Virus record (IMG/VR): IMGVR_UViG_3300005613_000299
Coordinates: 1 to 30,028 of that record
Reading direction: 5' to 3' (one strand)
DNA from: a virus
Taxonomy: Duplodnaviria; Caudoviricetes
Length of the DNA stretch: 30,028 nt
The notes under the pieces are model-generated. The model was not told the origin of the DNA. It saw nothing but the letters and a program-made list of their open reading frames with translations, and did no database searches. Positions 26,184 to 30,028 of this stretch are shown here, one piece after another (positions within the stretch are counted from its first letter, which is position 1; every line of letters begins with the position of its first letter). Both the position numbers and the translations under genes were made by a program.

Positions 26184-26424
26184 TCATTTTAGCCATCTTA
26201 TCTAGGTAGTTTACATATTCAACTTTGTGTTTGAAATACATAATATTCCAACTGCTAACATCTTCCCAACTTGTCCTAAAATGATTGGCTAGTCTATCGA
26301 CTGTTAATTCAAAGTTATATCCGCTATCATCTTCTTCAATTGCCTCTTGCTCATCTTCTTGCTCAACTGCTTTTTCTGCTGCTCTGATAGTCTTTTGTGC
26401 AAGTCCAATATTGTGAAAAAAAAA
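26170..26424 (-). CDS. -1 frameshift extension of the tail assembly chaperone (gpGT-like)
   Basis: -1 frame opens right after a TAA at the T9 slippery run (26424-26416) and stays open to TAA 26172-26170: FHNIGLAQK...SWEDVSSWNIMYFKHKVEY...KQNF. Confidence 0.8.
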   Translation of the reverse strand, partial: FFFHNIGLAQKTIRAAEKAVEQEDEQEAIEEDDSGYNFELTVDRLANHFRTSWEDVSSWNIMYFKHKVEYVNYLDKMAKMKQNF

Positions 26425-26951
26425 TTATGAATATCAATGAATTGCCCTAATGTCAAATGTTCAGCTAGTAGTTGTGTCCTTGCATCTGTTGGATTCAATA
26501 CATTTTTATTCTTGTCGGTTTGTGCATAGTCCATACCTTTCTCAATGTAGAGTAAACCAAGTTTATCAATCGGGTTACTATCCTTTTGACTTAACATTCT
26601 AACGTGTTCCCACCAACCAACACTCATTTTTAAATACTCAGTTCTGAATGTATAAGTAGTTTTATCAATCTTAATTTCTTTTAGTGGTTCGTTTGGCTTG
26701 TAAGTGGAAAAGTTATTCATCAACTTAATGAATAGGTCTTTAATGGTTGATACACTTTGCGACCATAACAAGTCGGTTTCAACTGTTGTGAAGTCTGCTA
26801 TGAAATTAATCACTTCATCATTCTCAGGCCTGTCAACATCTTTAAAGTATTCGCCTTTGTTAAACCTATCAATCTTATCGTAATCGTATGCTTTAAGAGT
26901 ATTAAAGAAGTTTACATTAACCTCTCTATAATTGTTTTCTTTTTTGCTCAT
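26304..26951 (-). CDS. tail assembly chaperone (gpG-like)
   Basis: 215 aa with AAT TTT TTT TTC slippery site near the C-terminus. Confidence 0.72.
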   Translation of the reverse strand: MSKKENNYREVNVNFFNTLKAYDYDKIDRFNKGEYFKDVDRPENDEVINFIADFTTVETDLLWSQSVSTIKDLFIKLMNNFSTYKPNEPLKEIKIDKTTYTFRTEYLKMSVGWWEHVRMLSQKDSNPIDKLGLLYIEKGMDYAQTDKNKNVLNPTDARTQLLAEHLTLGQFIDIHNFFFTILDLHKRLSEQQKKQLSKKMSKRQLKKMIADITLN

Positions 26952-27597
26952 ATATTTCGTTTGATAGTTTTATTTGATTTATTTGATTTGTTCTGCTTTC
27001 TGTTTGGTAAATACTTTCATTCACTAATTGAGGTACTATCCAACCACCACTCTTTTTAGCGCACATTATTTTGTGATTCATTGCTGCGTGGCTAAATACT
27101 ACATCACTCATTTTGTGATAGTCTGTATCAATTGGGTATTGATTGAAATAATCAGTATCAAATGCAGTCACTCCTGTTCCTGCTATGTCAATTAAAATGT
27201 GTTCTTTAGTTGACCTATTGCAATGCCAAAACTTATGACCCCTGTAATAGTCTTTATTCAATCCTTGTAATAACCTACCGTGATAGGTAACTATGCACTT
27301 GTACTTGTTTATCAAAGAAACGGTGCGCTCTACATAGTCAGGTGGATAGATAATATCATCATCACAACTAAAGTATATCTCACGCCTTTTAATAGGTAAG
27401 AATACAAACTTACCATTGTCTGTTAGATTCTTATTAGGTATAAAGCAATCATACTTTTTTAAAGGTTCAGGAATAGTTTTATATTCATTCAAACAAATGC
27501 GTATAACATCGGCTTGACCCTCCAATGATTCAAGCGTTCTCATAAGGTGGCTAAACCTCGCTGGGTAGGTTGCTATATTAATCGAAGTAGTAACCAT
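26926..27597 (-). CDS. GT-A fold glycosyltransferase
   Basis: IATYPAR...L...L.SL..Q, DNGKF, FSCDDDIIYPPDY (DxD), GTGV.AF, MSDV; ATG 27597 preferred. Confidence 0.82.
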   Translation of the reverse strand: MVTTSINIATYPARFSHLMRTLESLEGQADVIRICLNEYKTIPEPLKKYDCFIPNKNLTDNGKFVFLPIKRREIYFSCDDDIIYPPDYVERTVSLINKYKCIVTYHGRLLQGLNKDYYRGHKFWHCNRSTKEHILIDIAGTGVTAFDTDYFNQYPIDTDYHKMSDVVFSHAAMNHKIMCAKKSGGWIVPQLVNESIYQTESRTNQINQIKLSNEIYEQKRKQL

Positions 27598-27755
27598 AAT
27601 GTAATAAACCACATTGCTATATTAGTAATTGAAATCAAAGTAAAAGCAAATTGCTTAGATGCTTTTGTTTCCATCATAAAAACCTCGTTAGGTAATGCCT
27701 TTAAGACAAAGTAGCCTAAGTAAAGGAATAGTATAATTTTATAAAGTTGTTTCAT
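27573..27755 (-). CDS. 60-aa membrane protein with two hydrophobic segments
   Basis: IILFLYLGYFVL and FAFTLISITNIAMWFITLWLLL; ATGA-coupled between the two GT genes. Confidence 0.6.
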   Translation of the reverse strand: MKQLYKIILFLYLGYFVLKALPNEVFMMETKASKQFAFTLISITNIAMWFITLWLLLRLI

Positions 27756-28345
27756 ATATACCTCAGTTTAATAGTTCGTTTAACCTCATCCCTCTTCGCT
27801 TGGTAATCTTTATCTTTATTACCTATGCTCTTTTGATTTTGATGAATTCTGTAAAAGTACAAAATTTCATTTAGATATTGAATGTTTGCACCCTCTTTTA
27901 TTTTCCTTAAATTAAAATCATATTCCTCAGCAGTCGTTAAAGTTTCATCCCATTTATCAAATATCTCACGTTTATAGTAGCAAGTGCCGCCAATCAAAGC
28001 ATTGTTTTTAATCATCTCCTGGAGCGTTGGCTTCTCAATACTAGGCTTTGCTATTAATAAACTGTAAGGATTTTTAAAACGTATGCTATTGCCGTGCATC
28101 ATATCACCTTTAAAGTTATCTACTACTGTTTGATAAACATAACTAGGTAACAAATCATCATCACCCATAAAATGAACAATATCGCCTTTGATAAATGGAA
28201 TACAACTATTTATGTTTGCGCCAACTGTACCGCCTTTTCCAATTAGCAACTGATGATTTTTATAAGTCTGATTTTGAATAGACTTAATGGCGTGTTTAAG
28301 ATAGCCTCTATCTTTGTAAGTTGGTATGATTGTAGTTATTTTCAT
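27752..28345 (-). CDS. GT2-family glycosyltransferase
   Basis: IIPTY....YL..AI.SI..QTY, GDIVHFMGDDD, WDE.L..AEEYDF.LR, YFYRIH.NQ.S. Confidence 0.88.
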   Translation of the reverse strand: MKITTIIPTYKDRGYLKHAIKSIQNQTYKNHQLLIGKGGTVGANINSCIPFIKGDIVHFMGDDDLLPSYVYQTVVDNFKGDMMHGNSIRFKNPYSLLIAKPSIEKPTLQEMIKNNALIGGTCYYKREIFDKWDETLTTAEEYDFNLRKIKEGANIQYLNEILYFYRIHQNQKSIGNKDKDYQAKRDEVKRTIKLRYI

Positions 28346-29499
28346 AAATAATTGCCTGAGTATTTTCCAGCAGAACCAACACCATAAAGCAAAGCGTCCA
28401 TTAAGTGGTCCTTATCTGTCTTTCTAGGTTTGCCAGTTTTCTCATCCCAAATGTAATATCTTAATTCATCGACTAAGTTACTACTATTTTCATCAACATA
28501 AAATACTTGACTGTTTAACTTTTGAATGGCGAATGTCTTAATGTCTTGCTTACTTTCGCACTTAACCGCAGTTATTCCAGCTCTCCTTAGTTCCTCAATG
28601 CTTTTAGGTTCTGCGCTATCGCAATAAACTAAAGACCCTTTCTTATAGCCTTTACTTATCATTTCAGCCCCTGCATCTTGGTTGGTTAGGTTATTCTTAT
28701 AAACCAATTCTTTTAAGTACAAATGTCCATCATATTGGTAAACTCCAACTACTGCAAATTTAGAAGTAGCAAAACCAAAATCACACCCGTAATAAAGCAA
28801 CCTTGCATCTGTTGGTATTGCTTTTGTTTCCCAGTTCTCAAATACAACTCCATCAATAGACCCGACCTCTCCACAACCGTAAACTCTCCACTTGTTAGCC
28901 CAATACTTATTTATTATTTCGCCTTGTTCATTATACCCTAATTGCTTATAGAGTAGTATTTCGTTACGCTCCTCTTCTGCTAGTGCTTCGTTGTCTAAAA
29001 ATGTTACTTTTAGAAAGTCGCAGTCCTCTCTAGGTATTACATCTGTATGTATAAAAAACTCTGCATCAGGATTGAAATCAGCAAACACTCGTTTAGACCT
29101 AGTCGCCACTTGTCTATATGTTTCAACATCTATTTTATTAACCTCATTGAAGTAAGCAATATCAGAACGTAACCCCTTACCAACATCTGACTTGTCTAAT
29201 CCTATAAACTTAATAAATGAACCGTTAGGAAATCTGTATAAAGTCCCTGAAATAAATCTACTGTCCTCATAGATACCACTTAAACGCATAATCTTTACAA
29301 AGTCTTTAATGACTGTTAACCTCATTTTAGTAAGTTCAGCAGATAAAATAAGTATCTCTTTGTTTGGTTTACTAGCAGCGTGATTGATTAGTAGTATTAA
29401 TATACTAAATGTCTTTGATGCACCTTGACCGCCTTGAATAACTTTAATACGCTTCTTTAGTCTTGCAATTTTATTTAGTGTCGTTGTCGTTTGAATCAT
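28342..29499 (-). CDS. terL: terminase large subunit (PBSX/Terminase_3-like)
   Basis: QGGQGASKT Walker A, AYFNE Walker B variant, DFNP, TFLDN, GCDFG, CDSAEPKSIEEL, DHLMDALLY. Confidence 0.92.
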   Translation of the reverse strand: MIQTTTTLNKIARLKKRIKVIQGGQGASKTFSILILLINHAASKPNKEILILSAELTKMRLTVIKDFVKIMRLSGIYEDSRFISGTLYRFPNGSFIKFIGLDKSDVGKGLRSDIAYFNEVNKIDVETYRQVATRSKRVFADFNPDAEFFIHTDVIPREDCDFLKVTFLDNEALAEEERNEILLYKQLGYNEQGEIINKYWANKWRVYGCGEVGSIDGVVFENWETKAIPTDARLLYYGCDFGFATSKFAVVGVYQYDGHLYLKELVYKNNLTNQDAGAEMISKGYKKGSLVYCDSAEPKSIEELRRAGITAVKCESKQDIKTFAIQKLNSQVFYVDENSSNLVDELRYYIWDEKTGKPRKTDKDHLMDALLYGVGSAGKYSGNYL

Positions 29500-29908
29500 C
29501 TAATGGGTCTATATTAATGATTGAAACACTTGTACTGTTATCGGTTTGAAGTCTATCAGTCATTCCTAAACGGTTCTTTGCATAGAATATTCCTTTACCC
29601 TCATTCGCTACAATATCCTCAGCCAAAGACCTAAATTTTTCGTCTATACTTTTTATAGTGTTACGTAATGGATGCTCTTTTAAATTAATAACTCTATGAA
29701 AATGTACTCTAGTATAGAAATTTATATCCTTTCTTCTTATCCAATGGTCGCAGAAATAGCCGATAGTAGGTATATGCCTAGACTTAACCTCTACTATCTT
29801 GCCTGAACTCGTTGCTTGTTCTTGAGTTGCTTGGATACATTCGTCCATATACTCAGTTGCAAGTTGCCAAAGTTCATCAGCATCTATATTTCTGTGTTTG
29901 TTAGCCAT
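29471..29908 (-). CDS. probable terminase small subunit
   Basis: Immediately upstream of and overlapping terL; EY..EC, PTI..F, IFYAKNRLG.TD. Confidence 0.7.
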   Translation of the reverse strand: MANKHRNIDADELWQLATEYMDECIQATQEQATSSGKIVEVKSRHIPTIGYFCDHWIRRKDINFYTRVHFHRVINLKEHPLRNTIKSIDEKFRSLAEDIVANEGKGIFYAKNRLGMTDRLQTDNSTSVSIINIDPLDDSNDNDTK

Positions 29909-30006
29909 TACATCAAAATTGTTACTGCTAAATAAATTAAATAGATAGCAACTCCAAAGGAAATTACTGCTAATGCTCCACTGCTTTTTTTAGGTTCTTC
30001 GCTCAT
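29908..30006 (-). CDS. 32-aa single-TM membrane protein
   Basis: MSEEPKKSSGALAVISFGVAIYLIYLAVTILM*; TAATG coupling to the small terminase. Confidence 0.65.
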   Translation of the reverse strand: MSEEPKKSSGALAVISFGVAIYLIYLAVTILM

Positions 30007-30028
30007 AGTTCGTTTATTTGTTTGATGA

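Noticed and set aside
9763-28941. Remaining plus-strand ORFs (e.g. 12415, 18940, 20713, 25887) and alternate-frame minus ORFs at 11524 and 14308
   Set aside because: They lie within or almost wholly overlap real genes. Long antisense frames are expected opposite E/K-rich coiled coils.
29140-29165. Terminase Walker B with Asn (YFNE) as a sign of inactivation
   Set aside because: The catalytic Glu and all other ATPase and nuclease motifs are intact, so it is likely a natural variant.
1-30028. Stop-codon reassignment, introns/inteins, DGR, tRNA or integrase
   Set aside because: Genes tile the window in the standard code using TAA, TGA and TAG as stops, core genes have normal lengths, and no reverse transcriptase, tRNA or recombinase motif was seen by eye.

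Overview
This is an AT-rich, densely coding 30-kb segment of a tailed dsDNA phage (siphovirus-type) that almost certainly infects a Bacteroidota/Flavobacteriia host, judged by several TAnnTTTG (-7) promoters with -33 TTG boxes and A-rich start regions. Nearly all genes are on the minus strand. Reading in transcription order (right to left): small and large terminase, two GT-A glycosyltransferases flanking a small membrane protein, a tail assembly chaperone with a clear -1 frameshift, neck and tail proteins, tape measure, prohead protease/scaffold, major capsid, probable tail tube, portal, head-tail connectors, a fibre-like protein, holin and a metallophosphoesterase. Next comes an early region with many tiny coupled ORFs, a GH73 muramidase, an inverted M15 endolysin plus u-spanin-like operon, an XRE regulator, a DUF3127 SSB, an SF2 helicase-N4/N6 methyltransferase fusion, a DUF6291-like replication initiator with internal repeats, an SF4 helicase and NinG. 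I saw no integrase, tRNA or CRISPR array. The most notable unannotated signals are: (1) a two-hairpin leader RNA with 8-bp complementary loops between a promoter and the replication initiator; (2) paired LytTR-type direct repeats upstream of two early promoters; (3) a 26-bp ECF-sigma-like motif exactly 5 nt before two late start codons; (4) a glycosyltransferase cassette inside the virion operon. All family calls come from motif recognition by eye, with no database search.
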